Positions 1 through 7,845 of a DNA stretch of 42,331 nucleotides are shown here, piece after piece. Position 1 is the first letter of the stretch; each line of letters opens with the position of its first letter. Source of the stretch: a virus (lineage: Duplodnaviria; Caudoviricetes); IMG/VR virus record IMGVR_UViG_3300033067_000656, positions 1 through 42,331 of that record. One strand, given 5' to 3'. The translations under genes were made by a program, and so were the position numbers. The notes under the pieces were generated by a model, which was given only the letters and a program-made list of their open reading frames with translations, was not told the DNA's origin and searched no databases.

Positions 1-2
1 CC

Positions 3-152
3 TGGGCGGACCTGACCGAGGCGAACCTGACCTGGGCGAACCTGTCCGGGGCGGACCTGACCAAGGCGAACCTGACCAAGGCGGACCTGACCAAGGCGGA
101 CCTGACCAAGGCGGACCTGACCAAGGCGGACCTGACCGGGGCGAACCTGACG
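3..152 (+). repeat. 15-bp tandem repeat (gcggacctgaccaag-like) encoding the pentapeptide units
   Basis: About 10 near-identical 15-nt units, several exact. Confidence 0.9.
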
Positions 153-287
153 CGCATAACGCTCTGCGGCGCCACTATCGACGGCGCGTGCGTCCGAACA
201 AATGATATCGGCGGCCCCGGTAACATTCTGTACGCGCTCACCGATGCTGAGGCCGAGATGATCCGCAAGGGGCGCGGCAATGTGTGA
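3..287 (+). CDS. Pentapeptide-repeat protein (5'-truncated at window edge)
   Basis: Frame 3 reads W-ADLTE-ANLTW-ANLSG-ADLTK-ANLTK-ADLTK...ADLTG-ANLTR, the canonical A(D/N)LXX repeat. Stop TGA at 285-287 overlaps the next ATG. Not in the ORF track because it has no start. Confidence 0.9.
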   Translation, partial: WADLTEANLTWANLSGADLTKANLTKADLTKADLTKADLTKADLTGANLTRITLCGATIDGACVRTNDIGGPGNILYALTDAEAEMIRKGRGNV

Positions 288-513
288 GCGCCACAGCTAC
301 AAATGGGAAGAGGCCGAGTTCCACCCCGCGCATCATGGGCGGATCGGCCAAGGGGAAAACGGCGCATGGGCGCTGCGCTGCGCCATCTGCGGCGAAATCG
401 TCCTGGCCGAAACCAAGTCGGCGGGGGGCACACCCTGGCGCCACACGTTCACGCAAAATATGCAGTGGGCGGCGCGGGTTGAACGGGAGATGCAGAAGCG
501 GAGGGCGGGATAA
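280..513 (+). CDS. Hypothetical protein, possible zinc-binding (CxxH...CxxC)
   Basis: 77 aa, coupled to both neighbours. Confidence 0.65.
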   Translation: MCERHSYKWEEAEFHPAHHGRIGQGENGAWALRCAICGEIVLAETKSAGGTPWRHTFTQNMQWAARVEREMQKRRAG

Positions 514-734
514 TGCGCATGACGACGCTACAGGAAGACATGGACATTCGGAACTTTGCCGCTGAGGCGGCCTGCCACTTCAAAGACCACCCCGAACACC
601 GCACCTTCGGCGATGAGTTCCCCGAACCCGGCAGTCTCCTGGCCCTGCGATGGGGCGGCGGGGATGACTGCGTTCTGGTAGTCAAGCTCGACCCCGATTT
701 TGAAGCGGTCAACTTCCAGCAGGCGATCCGATGA
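513..734 (+). CDS. Hypothetical protein
   Basis: 73 aa, GGAGG SD, TAATG overlap. Confidence 0.7.
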   Translation: MRMTTLQEDMDIRNFAAEAACHFKDHPEHRTFGDEFPEPGSLLALRWGGGDDCVLVVKLDPDFEAVNFQQAIR

Positions 735-952
735 CGCGCCCCCTCCAGCCCGGCGACCGGGTGAAGTACTCGGCCGAGTTCCTGCGGTCGGCTGGCCTGT
801 TTACCGGCGCGGCGGCCTATCGGCGCGGCACGGTGCGGGAGATCCTGACCGGCTACGTCACGGTGGCCTGGGACGATCACCTGGCGAACGAGGAACCGGC
901 CCCGGTCAACGCCGGGGCGCTGCACCTGATCGGCACGCCCGAACCGGCCTGA
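731..952 (+). CDS. Hypothetical protein, SH3/KOW-like
   Basis: LQPGDRVKY...RGTVREI...VTVAWD pattern, ATGA overlap. Confidence 0.7.
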   Translation: MTRPLQPGDRVKYSAEFLRSAGLFTGAAAYRRGTVREILTGYVTVAWDDHLANEEPAPVNAGALHLIGTPEPA

Positions 953-959
953 CCGGCCA

Positions 960-1007
960 ATAGGCCCCGGCTATGGGTCAACCGACCGGCCCATAGCCTC
1001 GGCCTAT
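960..1007 (+). terminator. Long imperfect hairpin after the first gene cluster
   Basis: ataggcc/ggcctat and ggctatggg/cccatagcc arms. The U-run is 13 nt downstream, so terminator function is uncertain. Confidence 0.45.
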
Positions 1008-1012
1008 CGAGG

Positions 1013-1030
1013 TGGTAAATTTTTTACCAG
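1013..1030. promoter_or_regulatory. Palindromic operator-like site TGGTAAA-ttt-TTTACCA
   Basis: 7-bp arms, AT-rich. Exact reverse-complement copy at 17824-17841. Confidence 0.65.
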
Positions 1031-1065
1031 CCAACAAAAGTGTCGACAGAAATCCATCAAATGTG

Positions 1066-1094
1066 TTGACAAAAGCGCCGCACTATCGCACTGT
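1066..1094 (+). promoter_or_regulatory. Sigma70-type early promoter TTGACA-N17-CACTGT
   Basis: Perfect -35 at 1066-1071, AT-rich upstream element, 17-bp spacer, upstream of ORF 1137. Confidence 0.6.
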
Positions 1095-1136
1095 CCGGTC
1101 ACGGCGAGGAAAGCCGGGAACCTGGAGGTCGATGAG

Positions 1137-1412
1137 ATGGCATTGAAGCCCTACGTCGTGGAAGTCTTCGAGCCCAACTATATCCGCACGGTCATCAGCT
1201 ATCGCGGGAGGTTGGGCGCGGGGAGTTACCACTTCAACCAGATGTGTGACAACGAGGACGACGTGAAGATCCTGCTCCAGGTCATCGGGCGGGCGATTGC
1301 ACAGCACACCGGCCAGCCCGTGGAGTGGAAGGCCGGGCACGGGGGGCGCCTGCGGTCGCGCCCGACCGTGAGGAAGACATGGGGACCGCCTACCGTAGGG
1401 AAGGGCGAATGA
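1137..1412 (+). CDS. Hypothetical protein
   Basis: 91 aa, GGAGG SD, high-GC codon usage. Confidence 0.75.
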   Translation: MALKPYVVEVFEPNYIRTVISYRGRLGAGSYHFNQMCDNEDDVKILLQVIGRAIAQHTGQPVEWKAGHGGRLRSRPTVRKTWGPPTVGKGE

Positions 1413-2071
1413 ATGAGTTGACAGTCCAGTTGGAAGCCGACTGCGGCGAACTCCTGGCGCAGGTGGCGAGCTTCACGCTGCACCCCGGCGAGTTGGAGAT
1501 CACCACCATCGACGAGGCCGAACTTGCGGCCGACACGCGCAAGCGGCTGAAGACGATGGCCGCGCAGATCGAAGAGGCACGGAAGGCCAAGAAGGCCCCG
1601 TACCTGGCCGCCTCCCGCGAGGTTGACCAGTACTTCGCCCCGGCCGCGCAGCGGTTGGAGACGATGGCCGGGCAGATCGGTCAGCCCCTTCTGCGCTGGC
1701 AGGCCGCCGAACGCGCCCGCGTGGCCGAGGAGGAGCGACAGGCCCGGCTGGAGGCTGAGCGCATCCGGCAGGAGGCCCTGAAGCTCATGGCGGCCCCCGT
1801 TCAGGATGAGGCGACGGCCGACACGGCCGACATGCTCCTGGCGCAGGCCGAGGTGGCGCAGTACGTCCCGCCGCCTGCCAAGATCGACAACTTCGGGTCG
1901 CGGTCGAACTGGAAGATGCGCGTCGTCGACCCGGACCTGTTCTACCGCACGGCTCCGGCCGAGTACAAGATGCCAAACGAATCCGCCCTCAATGCCGAGG
2001 CGCGGCGCACCAAGGGGAAAGCGGTCATCCCCGGCTGCGAGTGCTATGACGACCGCATCGCTACCAGCTGA
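1409..2071 (+). CDS. Coiled-coil protein of the recombination module (Gp157/DUF1351-like)
   Basis: Start at ATGA overlap (MNELTVQ). IEEARKAKKAPY...VDQYF coiled coil and C-terminal WKMRVVD...P...IPG motif. Directly upstream of ERF. Confidence 0.65.
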   Translation: MNELTVQLEADCGELLAQVASFTLHPGELEITTIDEAELAADTRKRLKTMAAQIEEARKAKKAPYLAASREVDQYFAPAAQRLETMAGQIGQPLLRWQAAERARVAEEERQARLEAERIRQEALKLMAAPVQDEATADTADMLLAQAEVAQYVPPPAKIDNFGSRSNWKMRVVDPDLFYRTAPAEYKMPNESALNAEARRTKGKAVIPGCECYDDRIATS

Positions 2072-2079
2072 GGGCGAAG

Positions 2080-3018
2080 ATGAGCGAAGATATGCAGAAG
2101 CCTGATGATTACGACGAAGGCCCGCCTCCAGGCTACAGGAAGCTGTACAGCGGATATGTGCCTGTGGTGGCGAATCCTCCCCGCTACGACATCAGCAAGG
2201 CAGGCCCCGAGTTCTTCGCCGCGCTTTCCAAGGCGCAGTCCGAGGGCCTGGCCGCCTCGAAGGACAGCTTCAACCCGTTCTTCCGCAGCAAGTATGCCGA
2301 TCTCGGAAGCGTGTGGGATGCCATCCGTGAGCCGATCATCGCCAAAAACGGGTTCAGCGTCCTTCAGTTCCCGTCGACGGTGCTGGACGGCAAGGGCGGG
2401 TCGGTCGTGACGCTGGACATGGTACTGGCGCACACGAGCGGCCAGTACGTCACGGGGTCGATCAGCGCCGTGCCCTTCCGCGAGGTCAAGGAGAAGGGGC
2501 GCGTGCCGACTGACGACGCGCCGGGCATCGGTGCCTGCAACACCTACCTGCGGCGCATTCTGCTCGGGACGATCATCGGCGCGACGGCCGAGGATGACGA
2601 CGACGGCAACGCTGCGGCAGGTCGCCCGCAGGTCCAGCAGCAGCAGTACCAGCCCACCCAGGAGCCGCGCCGCGCCGCCACCCCGGCACCCGCACGCTCG
2701 GCCCCGCCTCCAACGCAGGCACCGATGGCACCCGATCCGAACGACCACCTGCGCAAGCTCTGGGCGGTCGCTGGCAAGCTGAACATCAAGGGCAAGGTCA
2801 AGCGTGACGGCGGCGAGGTGTCGTCGATCAACGTGAACGAGGCGCTGTGGCCCATCGTCGAGAAGATCGGCTGCGGCTACTACGGCGAGAAGGATGGCGT
2901 CGGCCGCTACATCGTCGTGCGCGAACTCGAACCCGACCAGATCGAGAAGCTGGCGAACTCGCTGTCCGCGTACCTCCAGGAGTTGGACGCGGGCGCGGCG
3001 CTGGAACCCAAGGCGTAA
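2080..3018 (+). CDS. erf: ERF-family single-strand annealing protein
   Basis: KDSFNPFFRSKYADL...GACNTYLRR...DDDDGNAA signature followed by a Pro/Gln linker. Confidence 0.9.
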   Translation: MSEDMQKPDDYDEGPPPGYRKLYSGYVPVVANPPRYDISKAGPEFFAALSKAQSEGLAASKDSFNPFFRSKYADLGSVWDAIREPIIAKNGFSVLQFPSTVLDGKGGSVVTLDMVLAHTSGQYVTGSISAVPFREVKEKGRVPTDDAPGIGACNTYLRRILLGTIIGATAEDDDDGNAAAGRPQVQQQQYQPTQEPRRAATPAPARSAPPPTQAPMAPDPNDHLRKLWAVAGKLNIKGKVKRDGGEVSSINVNEALWPIVEKIGCGYYGEKDGVGRYIVVRELEPDQIEKLANSLSAYLQELDAGAALEPKA

Positions 3019-3022
3019 GACC

Positions 3023-3487
3023 GTGAGAACAAAGGATAGGTTCCTCACTCCGCTTGAGATAGTGATGGAGCGTGTGTTTGTCGCACCGTCTGGTTGTTGG
3101 GAATGGATTGCGTCCACTGCAAGTGGCGGCTATGGCCAACTGAGGTACAAGGGCAGCAACAAGATGATGGCTCACAAGGTCGCTTACGAGAGCGTTTACG
3201 GGCTTACTCCAGAGGGCCTTGAGTTAGATCACCTGTGCAGGAACAGGAGGTGTTGCAATCCAACCCACTTGGAGGCCGTGACCCATATCGAAAACTCTCG
3301 GCGTGGCGATGTCGGGAAACACTTGGCGTCACGAACGCACTGCCCTCACGGACATGAGTACACTGAGGCGAACACATATCGACACCCACGCGGAGAAAGG
3401 CAATGTAGGGCCTGCCGATCTGCCGCTGAAAAGAGACGCAAGCCAAGGCCCTACAAACCAAGAAGGGCGAAAGCATGCCAATCCTAG
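3023..3487 (+). CDS. HNH endonuclease (HNH_3 plus C-terminal HCxxGH/CxxC zinc module)
   Basis: GCWEW...GYG...AHKVAY...LDHLCRNRRCCNPTHLEAVTHIEN; lower GC. GTG start inferred. Confidence 0.9.
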   Translation: MRTKDRFLTPLEIVMERVFVAPSGCWEWIASTASGGYGQLRYKGSNKMMAHKVAYESVYGLTPEGLELDHLCRNRRCCNPTHLEAVTHIENSRRGDVGKHLASRTHCPHGHEYTEANTYRHPRGERQCRACRSAAEKRRKPRPYKPRRAKACQS

Positions 3488-3726
3488 AGAGATGGGGGTT
3501 TTCGTATCCCCCCGGCGTCTCCGGCTTCGAGCCCGAGATCGCGGGCTATCCCGACCCCGACCTGATCGAGAAGCGCGAAGTTTCCTGCCCCATGTGCGAG
3601 TACGAGGGCGAGGTCGATGTCAGCGTTTGGCTTCGCACCGAACGCGACGAGGATGGCGCGTACCAGGTGGACGACGGCACGTTCTACACCTGTCCGAAGT
3701 GCGGAGCGGAGGTGGCGGGTGGATAG
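3475..3726 (+). CDS. Zinc-ribbon protein (CPMC...CPKC)
   Basis: 83 aa with two CxxC pairs. Confidence 0.7.
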   Translation: MPILERWGFSYPPGVSGFEPEIAGYPDPDLIEKREVSCPMCEYEGEVDVSVWLRTERDEDGAYQVDDGTFYTCPKCGAEVAGG

Positions 3727-4081
3727 CTACGCCGGGCTTTTCGAGCCCACCGTTACGACCACCTCAGACTACGGCGTCGCTGGAGGGTGGTTCCAGATCA
3801 TCACGCCCGTTCGGACGCCAATCCCTACAGGCCCAGGAGTCGGTCGCGGCTGGCACGACGCCGATCCGCTACCCCCGCCCATGATCATGCCCGACCTCTG
3901 TCCTTCGCTCAAGGGTAGCGGACTGACGTTGGGCGACGTGTCGCAGGCCATCTACGAGGTTCACGCCATCCTGAAGGCGGCCGGTCCCGACTACGATGGC
4001 GAAGACGTGCGCCGGGCGATGATCCTGAACAGGCTGGAGGCCCGCCTGCACGAGGCGCGGCCCGAGGCGCCGGTGTCATGA
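3719..4081 (+). CDS. Hypothetical protein
   Basis: GTG start overlapping the upstream gene end, coupled to the downstream ATG. Confidence 0.55.
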   Translation: MDSYAGLFEPTVTTTSDYGVAGGWFQIITPVRTPIPTGPGVGRGWHDADPLPPPMIMPDLCPSLKGSGLTLGDVSQAIYEVHAILKAAGPDYDGEDVRRAMILNRLEARLHEARPEAPVS

Positions 4082-4245
4082 GGCTCAAGACGCTGGCATC
4101 CGGCCTGATTGCCGCGTCGGCGTGCTGGATGTGCCTGGCGATCACGCTGGCGATATGCGGGCAGACCTTCAGCTTCGTCCTGTTCCTTGGCGCAGCCTGC
4201 CTTGTTGTCGGCCTGATCGCAGCTTTTCTAGACGAGTACCGATGA
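4078..4245 (+). CDS. Small two-TM membrane protein (55 aa)
   Basis: MRLKTLASGLIAASACWMCLAITLAICGQTFSFVLFLGAACLVVGLIAAFLDEYR; ATGA overlap; below the ORF-track cutoff. Confidence 0.65.
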   Translation: MRLKTLASGLIAASACWMCLAITLAICGQTFSFVLFLGAACLVVGLIAAFLDEYR

Positions 4246-4249
4246 TGTT

Positions 4250-4317
4250 ACCGGCCGGGGAATCCTTGGCGGGAGTCAGCGAGTGGGAAAACGTGAGCCC
4301 AATCGCACCCGGCCGGT
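4250..4317 (+). ncRNA. Structured RNA element copy 1 (multi-stem junction)
   Basis: Closing stem accggccggg/cccggccggt, tggc-ggga-gtca hairpin, gcga...tcgc arm. Confidence 0.55.
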
Positions 4318-4325
4318 CCTTGTTG

Positions 4326-4385
4326 CCGGGTGGGTCGTGGCGGAAAGTCAGCGCGGGAACGCAGACCGAAGTCGCACCCACCCGG
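4326..4385 (+). ncRNA. Structured RNA element copy 2
   Basis: Closing stem ccgggtgggt/acccacccgg (compensatory changes vs copy 1), tggc-ggaaa-gtca hairpin, gcg...tcgc arm. Confidence 0.55.
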
Positions 4386-4412
4386 TTGTTCTTCTGAACG
4401 TGGAGGTGTGAA

Positions 4413-4610
4413 GTGGCTGGAACGAAGCGAGCCCCGAAGGACGTGGTGATTGAACTGGTGGCGCAGGTGTTCGAGCGCACGAGCAAGATCGAGCGGTACT
4501 GGAGGCACCTGACGCCGGAGCATCGGGCGAAGGTGCTGGCCGCCTACCGCAACGAGATCACGCGCCTTGAGGACACGGACAACCGCAGCAACAAGTTCAC
4601 GCTGGACTAG
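4413..4610 (+). CDS. Small helical hypothetical protein flanked by structured RNA elements
   Basis: 65 aa, GTG start, GGAGGT SD. Confidence 0.75.
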   Translation: MAGTKRAPKDVVIELVAQVFERTSKIERYWRHLTPEHRAKVLAAYRNEITRLEDTDNRSNKFTLD

Positions 4611-4619
4611 GTTCTTTGG

Positions 4620-4705
4620 TCTGCGGCGGCGGGTCCGAGGCGGGCTACGCGGAGTTGTGTCTCAGCGCAAGCCGGGGCCACACACACGCCGCCGCAGATC
4701 TTTTC
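4620..4705 (+). ncRNA. Structured element 3 / terminator-like
   Basis: 12-bp stem tctgcggcggcg/cgccgccgcaga enclosing two hairpins (one GCAA loop), followed by tcttttc. Confidence 0.5.
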
Positions 4706-4758
4706 ATTCGCCCGGCCGATGAGCGGCGCGGGCATGGGCAACAGGTTGAGGAGAGACG

Positions 4759-5115
4759 ATGAAAGAGACATCCGAAACGATCCAGGCCGCCCTCCACGAC
4801 CTGAAGCGGCAGACCGCAGCGGTGGAAGCCCGCGTGGCGGCGTTCGAGAAGGAGCAGAGGGAGGAAGAGGAACCGCCCGCGCTGGATAGCCTTGCGCTCG
4901 TCTGCCTTGAAGCAAAGCACGACATGGCCGCCCGCCGCCTCCGCTACGTCGAGCGCGAACTGGCGCGGCTGCGGGAGGGGTTGAAGGTGCAGCCGGATGA
5001 CAGGACCAACGCCACCATTGAGTGGTACGCAACGTCCAGTACTACTGCGGTAGGCGATGATATCCAGGGCATGGCCCGCGAGATCCAGCGCCACCGAAAG
5101 CTGGTGGCGAAGTGA
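4759..5115 (+). CDS. Hypothetical coiled-coil protein
   Basis: 118 aa, GAGGAG SD. Confidence 0.75.
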   Translation: MKETSETIQAALHDLKRQTAAVEARVAAFEKEQREEEEPPALDSLALVCLEAKHDMAARRLRYVERELARLREGLKVQPDDRTNATIEWYATSSTTAVGDDIQGMAREIQRHRKLVAK

Positions 5116-5426
5116 GCGCCCCCGAGATGAAGCCGCGCATCGGCGGCGACGGTGTTCCTCGTTGCAGCGAGAATGAGTGTCCAGCCTACGATGGAAAGCG
5201 TTGCCAACTGCTTGGCTGCCGACCGTCCGTAATCTGCGAGCCCGCTGTTATTGACATGGCAGACCGACTCCGCGCCCCCAGCGCGGCCGAGATGCGGGAG
5301 GCGGCGGCGAAGGTAGCAGAGGAGGGGCGATTCCTGCACGACGACTCGCCCGAGGCCCGATGGGGCAAGGCGTGTGCCGCCGCCATCCGCGCCCTGCCCC
5401 TCCCCGCGCCGGAGGTGCCGGAATGA
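5112..5426 (+). CDS. Hypothetical Cys-rich protein
   Basis: GTGA overlap; C-terminal MREAAAKVAE...CAAAIRAL module typical of phage early proteins. Confidence 0.7.
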   Translation: MSAPEMKPRIGGDGVPRCSENECPAYDGKRCQLLGCRPSVICEPAVIDMADRLRAPSAAEMREAAAKVAEEGRFLHDDSPEARWGKACAAAIRALPLPAPEVPE

Positions 5427-5647
5427 AAACAAAGCGTGTGGCGCGACTCACGGAGGCTTCTGCCGAAGTGGAGCGCGATTCATTCACGAGCACAGTGACG
5501 ATTACCCTCTCCGATTGGAAGGGGGCCACTGAGCGGATCGTTCTGGTTGAAATGGATTGGACTGATGCGGCGGGGCTTGCCCGCGACATTCGCGCACAGA
5601 TCAAAGAGAAAGCCCAGCGGCTGCTCGCATCCCTGGAGGAAGCATGA
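5423..5647 (+). CDS. Hypothetical protein
   Basis: ATG at 5423 (MKTKRVARL), GGAGG SD, ATGA overlaps at both ends. Confidence 0.65.
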   Translation: MKTKRVARLTEASAEVERDSFTSTVTITLSDWKGATERIVLVEMDWTDAAGLARDIRAQIKEKAQRLLASLEEA

Positions 5648-6420
5648 CCCGCGCCGCCGAAGTAGCCGCCGCGCTGGAGCGGTGGACAGCCGTGACGAAT
5701 CCTGTGGACGGCCCCGGAGACATCAGCCAGAAGGATACGCTTCAGGCCGGTGACGCCCTTGCCGCTCTCCTCCGCGAGTCGCAGCCCGAGCCCGCGACGG
5801 TTATCGAAGAGAGCCCGACGCTGACCGAACCGGACTGGCGCGAAGCCGCGCAGCCCGAGCCCGCCGCCGTGGGGGGCGACGATGGGGCGCTGTTGGCGAA
5901 CGCGGTGCGGATAAGGTCTGAAGCCGATGAAGTTATTGCGGAGTGGCACGCACTTACGAGTCAAACGATCCCTCACTGGACAGGAATCATGCGGCATGGC
6001 GATAAGCTGGTTGCTGCGCTCCGGCTGGCGGAAGATGCCTACCTGAACGAACGTGAGGCCCACGAGATAGAGATGAAGGCACACAGCGCCGCCCTGGCCG
6101 ACGTGGCGCGGCTGACGGAGGAACTAGACAGCGCACGGTCCCGCATCGGGCCGCTAGATGCACAAGTCGAGATGGCCCGCGCCAATACTGCGCGAATGAC
6201 GGATGAGCGAGACAGTGCATGGGCCGAAACGCGCAAATTTTGTGCCCTATTCGATAAGGCGAACGCCGCGCTCGCCGCTGCGGAGAAGATGCTGCGCTTC
6301 GCCGCTGGCCGGATAAGCACCGAGCCGGAGTGGGCATCGAAGCACCCGGAGGAAGTGCTGGCGTGGCTCCGCGAAGAGTGCGAGCGCGATAGCGCCCGCG
6401 CCGGGAGGAACGATGGATAA
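5644..6420 (+). CDS. Hypothetical mosaic coiled-coil protein
   Basis: 258 aa; internal QPEPA duplication; lower-GC middle part. Confidence 0.7.
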   Translation: MTRAAEVAAALERWTAVTNPVDGPGDISQKDTLQAGDALAALLRESQPEPATVIEESPTLTEPDWREAAQPEPAAVGGDDGALLANAVRIRSEADEVIAEWHALTSQTIPHWTGIMRHGDKLVAALRLAEDAYLNEREAHEIEMKAHSAALADVARLTEELDSARSRIGPLDAQVEMARANTARMTDERDSAWAETRKFCALFDKANAALAAAEKMLRFAAGRISTEPEWASKHPEEVLAWLREECERDSARAGRNDG

Positions 6421-6766
6421 GCCGAGCCTGAAGGCGCTGCGGGAGTCTCGCAAAGCCGCTGGCGATGTCGTGGTGTCCGCACAGGGGCCGCTTCGCCCCG
6501 ACGACCCGGCCATCACACTGAAGGCGTTGATGGTGTTTCGCGCTTCGGAAACCATCGCGCTGGCCGAGTTCGTTTCCCCACTGGAGCGCGACTACCTGGT
6601 GGCCTTGCGTAACGCAGCCCCCGCCCTGCTCGCCATAGCCGAGGCGGCGCGGGATGTCGAGAGGCTACTGAACGAGCATGGGGCGGCCATCGTCCCGCAC
6701 TTGCTGGACACCGACGAGAACGCCGGGCAGCGGCTCCGCGCCGCCCTTGCGCTGGTGGAGGAGTAG
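6413..6766 (+). CDS. Ead/Ea22-like early protein
   Basis: LKALRE...DYLVALRNAAPALLA motif. Confidence 0.55.
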   Translation: MDKPSLKALRESRKAAGDVVVSAQGPLRPDDPAITLKALMVFRASETIALAEFVSPLERDYLVALRNAAPALLAIAEAARDVERLLNEHGAAIVPHLLDTDENAGQRLRAALALVEE

Positions 6767-7351
6767 ATGCCGGATAAGCCGAGCGAGTTGAAGCCGTGCT
6801 GGTGGGATCGTTTCGCTGCAAAAGTGGACACGAGTTCCAGTCAATGCCACGTTTGGATTGGCAGCAAGACTGCAAAGGGGTACGGGCAGTTCTACCTTGA
6901 CGGCCGGATGCAGATGGCTCACCGCGTTGCGTTCACGTTGGGCCACCACCCAATACCTGACGGGATGCAAGTAGATCACCTGTGCAAGAACAAGTCGTGC
7001 GTGAACCCTAAACACCTTGAGGCTGTTACGCCACAAGAGAACACCCTGCGCGGTGATGGGCCGTCTGCCCGAGCCGCACAGGCAACACACTGTCCGCAGG
7101 GCCACCCCTATTCAGACGAGAATACGTTTCACACCCATACCGGCGGACGCAGATGCAAGATCTGCCAGAGCGCACGATGCAAGGCTCTGTACGCCAAGAA
7201 GAAGCACGATGCCCTGCGCGCCGCGCTGGTCGAGGTGGCGAAGCGGGCGCTGGAAGATGGTCGCATGAATCGTGTGCCCGGCTCGCAGGAAGAGGCCGAG
7301 CGCATCGTCACCGAGTACCTGGCCGAGCAGGCCGGAAAGGATGCCGAATGA
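6767..7351 (+). CDS. HNH endonuclease domain protein
   Basis: CHVWIG...GYG...AHRVAF...VDHLCKNKSCVNPKHLEAVTPQEN...THCPQGH...CKIC. Confidence 0.9.
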   Translation: MPDKPSELKPCWWDRFAAKVDTSSSQCHVWIGSKTAKGYGQFYLDGRMQMAHRVAFTLGHHPIPDGMQVDHLCKNKSCVNPKHLEAVTPQENTLRGDGPSARAAQATHCPQGHPYSDENTFHTHTGGRRCKICQSARCKALYAKKKHDALRAALVEVAKRALEDGRMNRVPGSQEEAERIVTEYLAEQAGKDAE

Positions 7352-7440
7352 AACTATTGATCCTGTGGCTCCTGAACTACTGGAGCATGTGGCAAATGAT
7401 CCACGGCGAACAGAACTGGCCGTTCGAGAGGAACCCGTGA
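7348..7440 (+). CDS. Small Trp-rich hydrophobic peptide (30 aa)
   Basis: MKLLILWLLNYWSMWQMIHGEQNWPFERNP; ATGA/GTGA overlaps at both ends. Confidence 0.45.
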   Translation: MKLLILWLLNYWSMWQMIHGEQNWPFERNP

Positions 7441-7643
7441 AACGCACTGCCTTCAAGAAGCCGGGCGACTACGGCATCACCTACCGCAGCGCCAAGAAAG
7501 CCGAGGCTCGCAAGGCGATCGCCTCCCGCCAACTGGCGGGGTATACTGAAGATGGCACACCGATCTACCGGGTTCCCCCAGGCGCGGGGAGCCTGCTCGA
7601 AGTGAGGTTACAGGACAAGGAGGCCACCGATGACTACGAATAG
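7437..7643 (+). CDS. Hypothetical basic protein
   Basis: GTG start after GAGAGG; an alternative start at 7341 is possible. Confidence 0.5.
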   Translation: MKRTAFKKPGDYGITYRSAKKAEARKAIASRQLAGYTEDGTPIYRVPPGAGSLLEVRLQDKEATDDYE

Positions 7644-7842
7644 CTGGCAGGCATACCACCCCGTCGCCATCAAGAACGACGACCACTGGTTCGCCCTGTG
7701 TACCATCGAGCAGCCCAACGGGACCATCTCGACCGAGATGCAGTTCGGCATCTCCGAACTCGCCGCGCAGACCGCCCTCCAGATCCTCGTGCGGTTCAAG
7801 TACGACTGCACCATCAACCAGCACCGCATCCCGCAGGTATAA
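7630..7842 (+). CDS. Hypothetical protein
   Basis: 70 aa, AAGGAGG SD, strong codon bias. Confidence 0.8.
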   Translation: MTTNSWQAYHPVAIKNDDHWFALCTIEQPNGTISTEMQFGISELAAQTALQILVRFKYDCTINQHRIPQV

Positions 7843-7845
7843 GCC

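Noticed and set aside
3-152. Possible CRISPR array
   Set aside because: 15-bp units without spacers that translate as pentapeptide repeats.
4326-4390. tRNA (gccggg...gtggcggaa resembles a Leu/Ser D-arm)
   Set aside because: No TTC-containing T-loop, no 7-nt anticodon loop and no CCA. Kept as an unknown structured RNA.
4122-4397. 91-aa ORF spanning the RNA motifs
   Set aside because: It overlaps the better-supported membrane peptide, has no SD and has poor codon usage.
4705-4800. Hammerhead ribozyme (ccgatgag...cgaaa)
   Set aside because: The core is CCGAUGA rather than CUGAUGA, it sits inside a simple hairpin, and the required stems are missing.
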